From positions 1,303 to 65,302 of the forward strand of contig JAXECZ010000062.1 of assembly GCA_034104845.1 (NCBI GenBank): a stretch of 64,000 nt of DNA, read 5' to 3'. Below are positions 1 to 9,600 of this stretch, in pieces (the first letter of the stretch is position 1; each line of letters opens with the position of its first letter). The notes under the pieces are model-generated. The model was not told where the DNA came from, did no database searches, and saw only the letters and a program-made list of their open reading frames with translations. The translations under genes and the position numbers were made by a program. Origin of the DNA: Faecousia sp. (GTDB lineage: Bacteria; Bacillota; Clostridia; Oscillospirales; Oscillospiraceae).

Positions 1-859
1 AAGGCACACGCAGAATATCCGTGTAGTTTGGAACATAAATGTCCTCCTGTTCCTTGACTACCCACTTAATTTTTTGCAAGGCACCGGTTTTTGCAAATTC
101 CGTATCGTTCTCCACAATGGTCTCAAAGTCCGCTGGCCGCTTCATGAAATGGCAGAAGTAATCAATCATCTTCCGAATCTCCGTGCCGCCATATTTGTCA
201 TCTGCTGATATTTTTGACATTGCAAAATCTGCCTGAGACAGAACGACGCCCTGAGAATTGATACGGATAAAGATGTCCGTAACCTCATCAATACTGAGGC
301 TCTGGTTCAGATCGGTTACACCGATGTTGATGTCCAGAACTTTTTTCAGCTTGCTAATCGTCTTGGAAATGGCGCTTTCCTGGCCGGTCAGTTCGTTTAT
401 CTGGCAGTAAGAAATGATAAATGGGAACTCTTCAAACGTAGCCTCAAACACCTTAGAAATGTCTGGGATCCACTTGCTGTCTTTTTCAATGGCCGGGTTG
501 CAAACTTCAAATGTCTCTGTCTGAGGATTGAAAGCAATCTTTATAGGCTTCTTTTTGTAGTTCGCATCGGTAACATACATTCCTGCAATAGCGGCCTGCA
601 ATGCAGTTACGCGCTGCTGGCCATCGATCAGGATTTTCTTTCCGATGGACATAGTTCCGTCTTTCAGGCGGACATCCGGATTCTTCCAGACGATAATGTA
701 GCCAACCGGGAAACCCTTATACAGAGAATCCAGCAGATCGCGCACCTTAGTAGAATCCCAAACAAACGGGCGCTGAATTTCAGGAATTGCGACTTCGCCA
801 GACTTAATCCAGCTTATGATATTCTGTACTGACGTGCTGTAAACATCAAACTGCGCCAT
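1..859 (-). CDS. DUF262-domain protein (GmrSD/BrxU-like type IV restriction family), N-terminal ~286 codons; the gene continues beyond the window start
   Basis: Absent from the ORF track because it runs off the edge. Reverse-strand translation from the ATG at 857-859 gives MAQFDVYSTSVQNIISWIKSGEVAIPEIQRPFVWDSTKVRDLLDSLYKGFPVGYIIVWKN...KILIDGQQRVTALQAAIAG. IPEIQRPFVW and DGQQR are the hallmark DUF262 motifs. A GGAGAGA RBS lies at 864-870. The start is 12 nt after the brxL stop. Confidence 0.75.
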   Translation of the reverse strand, partial: MAQFDVYSTSVQNIISWIKSGEVAIPEIQRPFVWDSTKVRDLLDSLYKGFPVGYIIVWKNPDVRLKDGTMSIGKKILIDGQQRVTALQAAIAGMYVTDANYKKKPIKIAFNPQTETFEVCNPAIEKDSKWIPDISKVFEATFEEFPFIISYCQINELTGQESAISKTISKLKKVLDINIGVTDLNQSLSIDEVTDIFIRINSQGVVLSQADFAMSKISADDKYGGTEIRKMIDYFCHFMKRPADFETIVENDTEFAKTGALQKIKWVVKEQEDIYVPNYTDILRVP

Positions 860-871
860 AATTTCTCTCCT

Positions 872-2995
872 TTACTCAACGCCCAATGCTTTAAATACGG
901 CATCTTCCGCACTCTGGTATGGAATCAGTTGAAATGCACTCATTAATTCCGGCGGGACAGTGGAAAAATCGATAAAAGATGTGCTTGGGATTAAAATTTT
1001 CTTTGCCCCGCTGTCCAAACAAACCTGCAACGTATTAGCCAGCTCATCCACTTTTATCATGGTCCCGCTGATTGTGATATCGCCCAAAACCACCAGGGAG
1101 CTTTGAACTGGCTTTCCCAGTGCAATAGAACATAAGGCGATCAGTGTCGGCAGTGCCAGTTTCCCGGTCATTCCGATACCCTGAAGGTCTTGATAGTTGA
1201 CGATATAATCCTTTGTCGCTGCGCTGATGGAGCCGCTGATCCGGTTGCCATTAGCCTTTAGGAAATTAAAAGCTGTATTTGTTGCTTCACGGGCATCTCT
1301 GTCAGATCCAATGCCCGTACGCTCGAACTTGCCGCTGCCCGGCAGCATCTGGCTTTCGAGGCGGAATACGCCAATCATACCACTCTTCCCACGAGATACC
1401 GTGTAGACCTGCCCGGGATTGCATATTCCTTCCGGGATCAGCTTTCCTCCACTCTGCTCTGGTACCGAGACATAATGTTCAGACATATCCTCCAAATCTA
1501 TGTAAGAGAAGTTGACGTCGTAGAACTCCATGCCGCCCAGCTTTTTCAGCTGCTCTTTTACACGACGACGCATCTCAAGTGCCAGTTTCAGTACCTCTTC
1601 CAGCTGCTCTTTGGTAAATTCACCATCCGGATACAGAAGCTTGAGATATCCGTCCACCATCTTCCGAACCGCAATGGTATCGCGTTGATTCAGGTTTCGC
1701 CCCAACCGGAAATAGTGGTCAAGGGCGTCTCCGTACTGCTCTTTGCGGAGTTCACGGATGAACTCCGCAAGATAATCGCTGATAAATCCATAATCATTGG
1801 TAAAGTGCTCCGGTCGAAACTTTGGGATCTCCCAGCCGGGAAGATAGCAGTGGATCCGATCAAGGAAGGCCGTATCCATACCCATTTCCGGCGGGAATGG
1901 ATCAAACAGGCTGCTGGTTTTCAGCAGCACATCCACGCTTTGGTTGATGTTGCCCACAAAAACCATGGAAGCAGAAGCCGCTTTTTCTTCTTTCCCGCGG
2001 GCGAAGGAACCGGAAGCCATGTAGTCCTTCATAATCTGAACGCCGTCTTTATCCTTGAATCGGATACCGGCGACCTCATCAAAGGCTACGCAGTCCCAGA
2101 GGCCAACCAACCCCACCGTCTTGCGCCCCATGTTATAAAAAAGATTTGCTACGGTTGTCTGTCCGCCAGACACAAGAATACTGTTCGGCGAGATCTCTTT
2201 GTATAGATGTGACTTGCCCGTGCTGCGGGGTCCAAGCTCACAGAGGTTGAAATTGTTCTCCACCAATGGAATCATTCTGGTCAGGAGCAGCCATTTCTCG
2301 CGTTCTGTCAATTCGTCCGGCTCCATACCGATGGAGCGAAGGAGAACGTCCATCCATTCTTCCTTTGTAAACGCCTTCCGCCCCTGCTTCAGGTCGGACA
2401 TCTCAATATGGGGCATCTGAATCGGTGTCAGTTTGCGGATCTTTATAGGGTAATCATCTGGCTTTTTCTTTTTGGACGGGATTTTCTCGCCAAACATAGA
2501 TACGGAAACAATGTTGTTCCCAAAGCCTTCCTCATCAGATGTGTATTCCAGCTGGACAATGCACCAAATACCGCCGCAAAGAAGGCGGTCAAATTTTTCC
2601 GGATACTCATCGGCGATAGGAACATTGGTCAGCCCGAGATTAGAGAAAGAAGCAAGATAACTGTTTTTCTTGATATCCAGCGTCACTGTGACCATATCAA
2701 TGACCGTATGGCTACCTCTGCTGCGAAGTTTTGACAATATTTTCTGCGCCTCATCTGGGCGCACAAAATTGTCTGCCAAAATTCGCTTCACATTCTGGAC
2801 GCCTTTTTCGATGACTTCTTCATCATCAGAGCTGCAATACTGCCCCAGAAGGAACTCGAGGACATATACGGGCACATTGGCCCCCTCTTTAATTTTCTTC
2901 GTTAAGTCTTTTCGGACAATTTTGCCGTCGAAGTTCTGACGCAGTTTGCCTTTGATTATTTCGCGGGTGCTTACGCCCTCTTCCAGTGTATCCAT
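872..2995 (-). CDS. brxL: BREX Lon protease-like protein BrxL (707 aa)
   Basis: Track ORF 872..3016 starts on a TTG. The ATG at 2995, preceded by GGAGGAGG (3001-3010), is the likelier start. It has the P-loop LGPRSTGKSHLY and a C-terminal Lon-protease-like segment (PTLIALCSIALGKPVQSSLVVLGDITISG). It is the terminal gene of the BREX cluster. Confidence 0.9.
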   Translation of the reverse strand: MDTLEEGVSTREIIKGKLRQNFDGKIVRKDLTKKIKEGANVPVYVLEFLLGQYCSSDDEEVIEKGVQNVKRILADNFVRPDEAQKILSKLRSRGSHTVIDMVTVTLDIKKNSYLASFSNLGLTNVPIADEYPEKFDRLLCGGIWCIVQLEYTSDEEGFGNNIVSVSMFGEKIPSKKKKPDDYPIKIRKLTPIQMPHIEMSDLKQGRKAFTKEEWMDVLLRSIGMEPDELTEREKWLLLTRMIPLVENNFNLCELGPRSTGKSHLYKEISPNSILVSGGQTTVANLFYNMGRKTVGLVGLWDCVAFDEVAGIRFKDKDGVQIMKDYMASGSFARGKEEKAASASMVFVGNINQSVDVLLKTSSLFDPFPPEMGMDTAFLDRIHCYLPGWEIPKFRPEHFTNDYGFISDYLAEFIRELRKEQYGDALDHYFRLGRNLNQRDTIAVRKMVDGYLKLLYPDGEFTKEQLEEVLKLALEMRRRVKEQLKKLGGMEFYDVNFSYIDLEDMSEHYVSVPEQSGGKLIPEGICNPGQVYTVSRGKSGMIGVFRLESQMLPGSGKFERTGIGSDRDAREATNTAFNFLKANGNRISGSISAATKDYIVNYQDLQGIGMTGKLALPTLIALCSIALGKPVQSSLVVLGDITISGTMIKVDELANTLQVCLDSGAKKILIPSTSFIDFSTVPPELMSAFQLIPYQSAEDAVFKALGVE

Positions 2996-3022
2996 GTTGC
3001 GTCCTCCTCCGAACAACCTTTA

Positions 3023-5623
3023 TCAAAAGAAATTGAACTCATCCACCGCAAACGCAATATCAATCTGGAATTCCTCACGCTGCGGAGCCTGAAGGCCGCT
3101 TTCATCCGCGATGACCAGATAATAGCTGTCGCGATTGCTGTATTTCTGGGAGCGCAGATTGAAACTGCAGCGGAAGGTCCTGTCCTGACCGTTTCGGCTT
3201 GTTTTGTCTGCGATGATCTTGCTTGTATCACTGATCTGCTTTCCATTGGAATCAGTAAAGTAGACCAGATAAGTGGCTGCCTCCCGATTGCCGCCCACAG
3301 CCTCTGTCTGATAGAAGTTCAGCGAGAAAATCATGTTGCTGATCTTCCGGTTGGCAGACAGCAGGTTCACCACTACCGGCTTCGTGTCGATTTTATCCCT
3401 GTTGCGCTGGTATGCTTTTGTGGACGAACGAAGATGCTGGTATTGGATCACCGGCACAACCATTTCCTGTAGACTGGCTCCGCCATGAACAAAATTAAGG
3501 CCGCCGCCGTTCATCTTGATCCGAATGTTCTCTCTTGGCGCGTACGCCTCATAGTCCGCAGCCCCATCAAGAAATTTCACCGGCATCAGATAATCCGGGC
3601 TTGTGCCTGCCTGGGTGATGGCATAGCGCCTGCCATATTCCACGGTATGCTTCGCGAAACCGGACTTGTCCACCTTGTCATCTTCCTTCAGGGGGCTGTA
3701 GGTGTACAGGAAGCCGTGATCGGCAGTCATGTAAACTCTGGTGCCGCCAAACTCATTGACGATAATGCGGACCAGATTCTTGATCTCTTCAATCGCCTCA
3801 TCACAGGCCGGGAACACAGCGCTGTCTGAGGTGTGGCTGGCTTCATCGATTTTATCGTGATAGATATACACAATGTCCATGCCCTTGACCAATGCCTGCC
3901 GGTCAGAGCGTTTCATCTTGACGATGTTCTTATACTGAAGGGCCACACTGGCCCCGTGTGCATCCTTCAAAACCTTGTCCCGGTTTGGCATTTCGGTGGG
4001 CTTGCCGTCCGCAAAAACGGCAAGACCGCCAGCAACTTTCGGCTGTACGCTTAAGGTTTTATGAGGCAGCAAAGCCGCCATACCAAATTTGGTAATGGTG
4101 GGGAAAATACCCTCACAGCTGCTCAGCTCCACCTTGCCCTGCATTTCGCGCTGAAGCTGTTCAGACAGGGAGGCAGCAACCTCATAGCGGAGCGCGTCGG
4201 AAATAATAACATAAACCTTGTTGTCGTTTCCCGCGATTCTGCCGCGATAGAATGCCGTCTGCTGCGGCACTTCCAGGATGTGTCCGTACGCCGCAAGCTG
4301 CTCAGCACAGATATCCGACCAGTTCTGTCCCAGGGAACCGAGGAACCAGTGCGTGTACAGGCCCTCTACCTTTTCCGTTACATGCTTAAACAGGTCGTCC
4401 AGCAGTGGGTTGGAAATCCGTAACGAACGTTGGAAACAAAGGTGGTACTGCCGGTAATAGCTGTCCATCTTATAATAATCGCTGGTATATTCCTTCCACA
4501 CCTTGTGCGGCTCCACCGTATGAAAACCGGCAGAGTGCTCCAGGAAGAACGCCTGCATGTTGGCAACCTGAAGAATTCCTTCATAGTAACAGGCTGTATC
4601 CGCATACCAGGCAAGTGTCCGGCGCTTTTCGACTGCCTTTTGTATGGCGTCTACATTGATGATGTGGTCGCTGATTTCCGTCATCAGCATAGTCAAGATG
4701 CATTCATTGATACAGGGGAAGCACTCCGTATCCACCAAATCCTCTGCCGCCAGCCGGCAGAACCGGTCGGGAAGCCTTGCTTCTTCCTCTACGTACCGGG
4801 CTACCTCGTAGAGCTGCCCGCAATCCTCGCTGTGAAGCCAGTCGGATACCAGATCATAACAATACGCCTGATGAGGCATAGAAAGGAAGGCATCCAGCCC
4901 TGCCAGATTGTCCTGGTGTATGGTTCTGGTGGATGCAGTCAACAAAAGATGAATCGCCAACCGTCCGAGGTTCGATTCCTCACCTTCGTTGTAGCCGGTT
5001 GCCCGTGCCACCATGGCCCAGAACGCATTCTGTGCGCCGTAGGTTACAAAGCTCTGGTAAACGCTGTTCTCCTCTATATCCAATCCGGAGCGAATGACCG
5101 CACGGATGATGCTGCCCAGCTGGGTATCGGAAATGCCGCAAAGCGCCGCCATGACAGCAAGATGCATCTGGGAAGCCGTGCTGATGTTGATGTTCAGCCT
5201 GGCCACTGCGTCACGCCGCGCCTTGGCATTGAAGAACTTCCGGTAATGCTTCACCTGCTTGCGGATAATTTGAGTAGACGGCAGGCCCATCTCATCCATC
5301 CAGATGGAATTCAGATCAGCCCGGAACTCCTCGCTGTACAGCTGCACATTGATAAGCCAGTTGTCGTCATCGCGCTGAAACGAACGGGGATCGTAAACAA
5401 GGAAGTTGTCATGGGTTCTTTCCTCGCAGAGCAGCTTCTTTACCGCAAAGGTGTTGTTCCCGGTCAGGACAATCACCTCGGCATGATTCAACTCCAGCTC
5501 GGATAGCTTGTCTTCAAACTCCCGGTCCTCATCGCGCCAGAAGATAATCCGGCGCTGGTAAAATTCTGGCAGCGGCGCCGCAAAACGGCGATTCAATTCC
5601 TGGATGATTTTATCGGTTTCCAT
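3023..5623 (-). CDS. pglZ: BREX alkaline-phosphatase-superfamily protein PglZ (866 aa)
   Basis: Track ORF 3023..5731. The internal METDKIIQELNRRFAAPLPEFYQRRIIFWRDEDREFEDKL is the typical PglZ N-terminus, giving a start at 5623. PglZ-domain core: KVYVIISDALRYEV ... MTADHGFLY. It lies between pglX and brxL. Confidence 0.9.
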   Translation of the reverse strand: METDKIIQELNRRFAAPLPEFYQRRIIFWRDEDREFEDKLSELELNHAEVIVLTGNNTFAVKKLLCEERTHDNFLVYDPRSFQRDDDNWLINVQLYSEEFRADLNSIWMDEMGLPSTQIIRKQVKHYRKFFNAKARRDAVARLNINISTASQMHLAVMAALCGISDTQLGSIIRAVIRSGLDIEENSVYQSFVTYGAQNAFWAMVARATGYNEGEESNLGRLAIHLLLTASTRTIHQDNLAGLDAFLSMPHQAYCYDLVSDWLHSEDCGQLYEVARYVEEEARLPDRFCRLAAEDLVDTECFPCINECILTMLMTEISDHIINVDAIQKAVEKRRTLAWYADTACYYEGILQVANMQAFFLEHSAGFHTVEPHKVWKEYTSDYYKMDSYYRQYHLCFQRSLRISNPLLDDLFKHVTEKVEGLYTHWFLGSLGQNWSDICAEQLAAYGHILEVPQQTAFYRGRIAGNDNKVYVIISDALRYEVAASLSEQLQREMQGKVELSSCEGIFPTITKFGMAALLPHKTLSVQPKVAGGLAVFADGKPTEMPNRDKVLKDAHGASVALQYKNIVKMKRSDRQALVKGMDIVYIYHDKIDEASHTSDSAVFPACDEAIEEIKNLVRIIVNEFGGTRVYMTADHGFLYTYSPLKEDDKVDKSGFAKHTVEYGRRYAITQAGTSPDYLMPVKFLDGAADYEAYAPRENIRIKMNGGGLNFVHGGASLQEMVVPVIQYQHLRSSTKAYQRNRDKIDTKPVVVNLLSANRKISNMIFSLNFYQTEAVGGNREAATYLVYFTDSNGKQISDTSKIIADKTSRNGQDRTFRCSFNLRSQKYSNRDSYYLVIADESGLQAPQREEFQIDIAFAVDEFNFF

Positions 5624-5891
5624 CGGTATTTCCCTCTTCCCCGGCAATTTCAACGCTGTTCCTGCCCTGCTGGGAGGTACGCTTCCTCGTCTGATATTCC
5701 AAATACAGTTCTTCGGCAAGATATTCGTCACTCATGCAGTGCAGATCGGACACGCCATCCCGAAGGAGTGGATAAACCTGCGAACCATAGAAGAAATCCA
5801 ATGCAGCGTCCAGGGAAATGCCTGCCTTTTGCGCAAAGCATTCCATCACACGGGCATATTTCTTTTGGAGCAAAATCGGGTTTGCATTCAT
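5610..5891 (-). CDS. Small helical protein, DUF3791-like (93 aa), third gene of the cassette nested in BREX
   Basis: ORF MNANPILLQKKYARVMECFAQKAGISLDAALDFFYGSQVYPLLRDGVSDLHCMSDEYLAEEL... It overlaps the upstream ORF by 4 nt (5888-5891) and the probable pglZ start by 14 nt. Confidence 0.6.
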   Translation of the reverse strand: MNANPILLQKKYARVMECFAQKAGISLDAALDFFYGSQVYPLLRDGVSDLHCMSDEYLAEELYLEYQTRKRTSQQGRNSVEIAGEEGNTDGNR

Positions 5892-6358
5892 ACCTGTTCA
5901 CTTCCTTCAAAATGCAGCTGTGCCAATGCCTTTTCCGTACGGAAACAAATTTGCAGATTTGGTTTTTCATACCGCAGACGGCTGATCGCTTCCGCTTTGT
6001 CAATCAGTCCATCAAAGAACAGTTCCACGGTATTGAACACCTTATCATTTGCCACGCCGCCGATTACGAGATCATAGTCTGTACAATCCTTTCCGCTTCG
6101 GCAGTTCAAAATAAAATCCAGCCACTGCTCGGAATAGGTATCAAATTTCAGCGTTTTCAGCCCAGCCTCCTGTGCCTCGTCGAAGGAATAGCGGGAAATA
6201 ATTCCATCTTTTCCCCTGCGCTTGAACTTGCCGCACCACTTTGCAGCCTGCTCATAAAGCGGGGTGGTATAAAATCCAAGGCCAAAATCCACATTGGGTC
6301 TGGAATGCTTCAAATCGGGATGGGGAATTTCCAGAAAAGAACCGTGATAAACGATCAT
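5888..6358 (-). CDS. DUF3990-family protein (156 aa), possible ADP-ribosyltransferase-like fold
   Basis: The N-terminus MIVYHGSFLEIPHPDLKHSRPNVDFGLGFYTTPLYEQAAKW matches my recollection of the DUF3990 signature (YHGS ... DFGxGFY). It has 4-nt overlaps with both flanking small ORFs. Confidence 0.7.
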   Translation of the reverse strand: MIVYHGSFLEIPHPDLKHSRPNVDFGLGFYTTPLYEQAAKWCGKFKRRGKDGIISRYSFDEAQEAGLKTLKFDTYSEQWLDFILNCRSGKDCTDYDLVIGGVANDKVFNTVELFFDGLIDKAEAISRLRYEKPNLQICFRTEKALAQLHFEGSEQV

Positions 6359-6591
6359 ACTTCCACACCCCTTTCCTTCATCACATCGACAAGGTCATTC
6401 ACAATGTATTCCTTGCTCTGGGTATGCAAAATCTCATATTCCGGCACAATGTATTCGTTCAGGATACGGCTCTTTTGGGTAAAGGCTTGATAGACCTGTT
6501 CCGCACCCACCCCCAGTCTGGCGGCAACATTTTCGATGCAGAATACGGCAAATTCCAATTCCCTGGAATTTTTGATGGTTCCTTCCAGCAT
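6355..6591 (-). CDS. DUF3791-family small protein (78 aa from ATG 6591; the track ORF extends to 6630)
   Basis: MLEGTIKNSRELEFAVFCIENVAARLGVGAEQVYQAFTQKSRILNEYIVPEYEILHTQSKEYIVNDLVDVMKERGVEV. The ELEF.VFCIEN..A...G and HTQSKEYIV patterns are typical of DUF3791. A GAGGAGG lies at 6602-6609. The longer version would overlap the pglX 3' end by 23 nt. Confidence 0.65.
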   Translation of the reverse strand: MLEGTIKNSRELEFAVFCIENVAARLGVGAEQVYQAFTQKSRILNEYIVPEYEILHTQSKEYIVNDLVDVMKERGVEV

Positions 6592-6607
6592 ACTGTTCCA
6601 CGCCTCC

Positions 6608-9600
6608 TCACTTGATTTTTGCCAAAACATCCTTGAAAATTTCGTAGTTGTGCTTCACGCCGTCGTCCAGGTCGATGGAAATCATCTGGTCAGCCAGATG
6701 GTGAATCTTTTCTTCGTAGACATGGACCTCGGCGGCCTGCTCCTGTAGTTTCTTCAGCTGCTTGTTAAGCTTCACCCGTTCGCTGGTGGAAGCGGTAGCA
6801 CTGCGGTTTTCCAGATCAGCAATAGCAGTACGGTAGCGGGACTGCTGTTCATGCACATAGTCCGTGCGGATCCGGGCAATGGTGTCTTCTCTGTAGCGGT
6901 GCATATAGATCAGGCACTTGAAGCCGTTTTTCTTACCGCTGTCAAACTGCCAGTAGATGGGACGCTTCTGGTAGATTTTGCAGTGGTCACTATAGAAGTC
7001 GTTCAGGAAGTAGCTGCGGATGACCTCTTTCGGCCGACCCTTGCCGCCAAGGGCATCGGCAATGAAGCGGAGGTTCGATTCCAGACTCTGCTTTCCATAG
7101 ACGGTTTCGATGAATTTGATGAAGCGGCCAACGATGTCGTCCTCGAAGTATTCGTCATCGCAGATGGGGATAATATTATCTGTATCCGGGCTGTAGGTGC
7201 AGTCCAGCCACTGTCCATCCACTTGGATTTGATACCCCTTGTTCACCGCAATTCGGACGCCGCCAAAGGTGATGGTATCCCCGTTTTCCGCCAGTGCATT
7301 CCGCCGATAGGTATCCTCCCACTCGCCGCCAGCGTAGACCAAGCCGGAGCGGTTCAGGGAGTACCGGCCAAACATACAGCCCACGGCGTAGGAAATCAGG
7401 CTCTTGATATCCCGCTGGAGGTCTGCTTTGCGGACGGTCACATCCCTGTCCTCCACCTCCGGGGTCAGCTCGTTTTGCAGGCCGTAGATCTCGATGAAGA
7501 TGCGGTTCAGTTCTTCCTCGTTGGCTTTCAGCTTCTGGAAACGGGTTTCACACTCGTTTTCCCAGCACATATAGCATTCAGCCAGGTCGATGCTGTCAAT
7601 GTCATCAAAAAGCAGGCGGTTCTTAGGAATCACGGAAATCAGAGGGTGGCGCTGGAAATCCCAAGAGGTTTCAAAGGAGTCCCAATCTATTCTTGACAAT
7701 TTAATATTTTCATCACACATATTGTCAATTTCCTGTTGCGGATTATCAAGAAGTGGTAATTTTTCTATATCTCCACTAACTATACTCATTCCGGGCGATA
7801 TCACCTTGACAAAATATTGGCAAACTTTGCTATTCATAAAGGAAAGAATATAGTTCATATCATCCTGAGCCGGAAAGCCCTTTAAGCCTACAGAGCTAAA
7901 CACAAAGCCTACTGGCGAATAGCGAACAGACAATTCCGAAGCAATTTTCGACCATGTTAGCCCCTCACGGAAATAGTATTGTCTTGATGGCAAGCGATTT
8001 CCCATTTCAAGCAACCTATTATAACTATTAGTATCAAAACGAATTACTCGATCATTATTTCCATACCACTTCCTATATGTACCACCTTTGTCTATGGGAA
8101 AATAAGTTAGACAGGATGCATGGGCCGACTCGGTTGAAGTATAGTTAAAGCCAAGCTCAGTATAAGACGGTTCAAACCAATATCGAACAAACATTTCATC
8201 ATCACCTGTGGATGTTCCCTGCTTTGGCATTAGTTTTTCTCTAAGTGCGCTTCCTCTCCTAAAATCACAAATTGCAATGTCTGAAATGTAGTAAGCAAAG
8301 GGCTCACCTGGAATGTCTCTAAATTTGCCGACATCCCGAACATTTCTTGTTAACGGGTCAAAGAAAGCACTCTCTTTAGCATCCTCACCAGTGAAGCTCG
8401 TTAAATTTATGAACGAAGTATTATAGTTTGCAATATAATTACTGTTCATGTAGCAGAACGCCGTTGTTTGAACAACTTCCCCGTTAATCTCATCGAACGC
8501 ACGTGTGCCTAAATGGTTCATACAAATAAGAAGTTTTTCATAGAGTTTTTCACGAATCTTTTCAAAGCGGGCTTGAAACATCCATGTGGATTGTGTAATC
8601 ATGGAAACATATCTTCCTGAAAACACAAAATTTCTTTCAATAAAGGCAGCATACAGGTCTGCCTTGCTATCTTCATAATTATCTTTGATGTATTCTAGCA
8701 ACGTATTTCCCATATTGGGACTTCCAATGTAAGGAGGATTCGTCACCACCACATCATACTTCTGCGCCAGCATAGCGGCAATCTCAACCAGACGCCACAG
8801 CTTTTCCTTGGTTTCCCCCAAATTGCCTGCATCAAAATCCAGCTGTCCAGAGTAGTCCACCGTACCGACAAAGCGATACAGCAGTTCCCAGTCGTAATCC
8901 TTGACAATGAGGATGGAGCCATATTCTTTTGCGTCCTGCATGGCATCCAGCAAATCCGTCATCTGATCCAGTGCCATATTCCGCTCGATATCGCTCATGC
9001 TCCAACCGAAATACTTGAGGGAACCGCGGCTGATGGTGTTGCTCTCGCAGATGGCGTACACATAGGGCTGGGGGACATCAGGATTGCCGTCCTCGTCTTT
9101 CCGGGTCAGAAAACGCCGGTCATACTGCCGGGCCTTCATCATCACAGCGAAGTAAGAAAGTTGCGCTGCCCGGTCATCAATGTCCAGACCATAAAGGTTG
9201 TGCGCCACAATACTGGCTACCGCTTCCTGGGTGGTATAGCCGTAGCTCTGGTAGATTTGCATCAGCACATCGAACATGTAGGCAAGGATATGACCAGAAC
9301 CACAGCAGGGGTCAATGCACTTAATCTGTTCCGGTGTCAAAGCTGCACATTCCTTACGGATTGCATCCATCTGTGCCTGTACTTCTGGTTCCTGAGGTGC
9401 ATCAAAAAGGTAGTATTTCCAGCGAGAGATCATGAGTTCATTCAAATCTCCCGGGCGTTCATCATATTCATCTCTAGCGCTGCCAGCGTTGTGTTCAACC
9501 CAAAGACGGCCCAAGCTGTTCTCCACCATATAGCGCACGATCCAGTCCGGAGTGAACAACTGAGTGGCGGCAGGAATGTTCTCCTTGGTGATCTTCACAT

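Noticed and set aside
5624-5731. N-terminal extensions of track ORFs: pglZ to 5731, brxL to 3016, the HTH to 17678, TetR to 35205, murC to 42383, PHP to 56886, rbr to 55459 and the giant ORF to 32623
   Set aside because: The internal ATGs have good Shine-Dalgarno sequences and match the usual family N-termini. The extensions start on alternative codons or overlap upstream genes.
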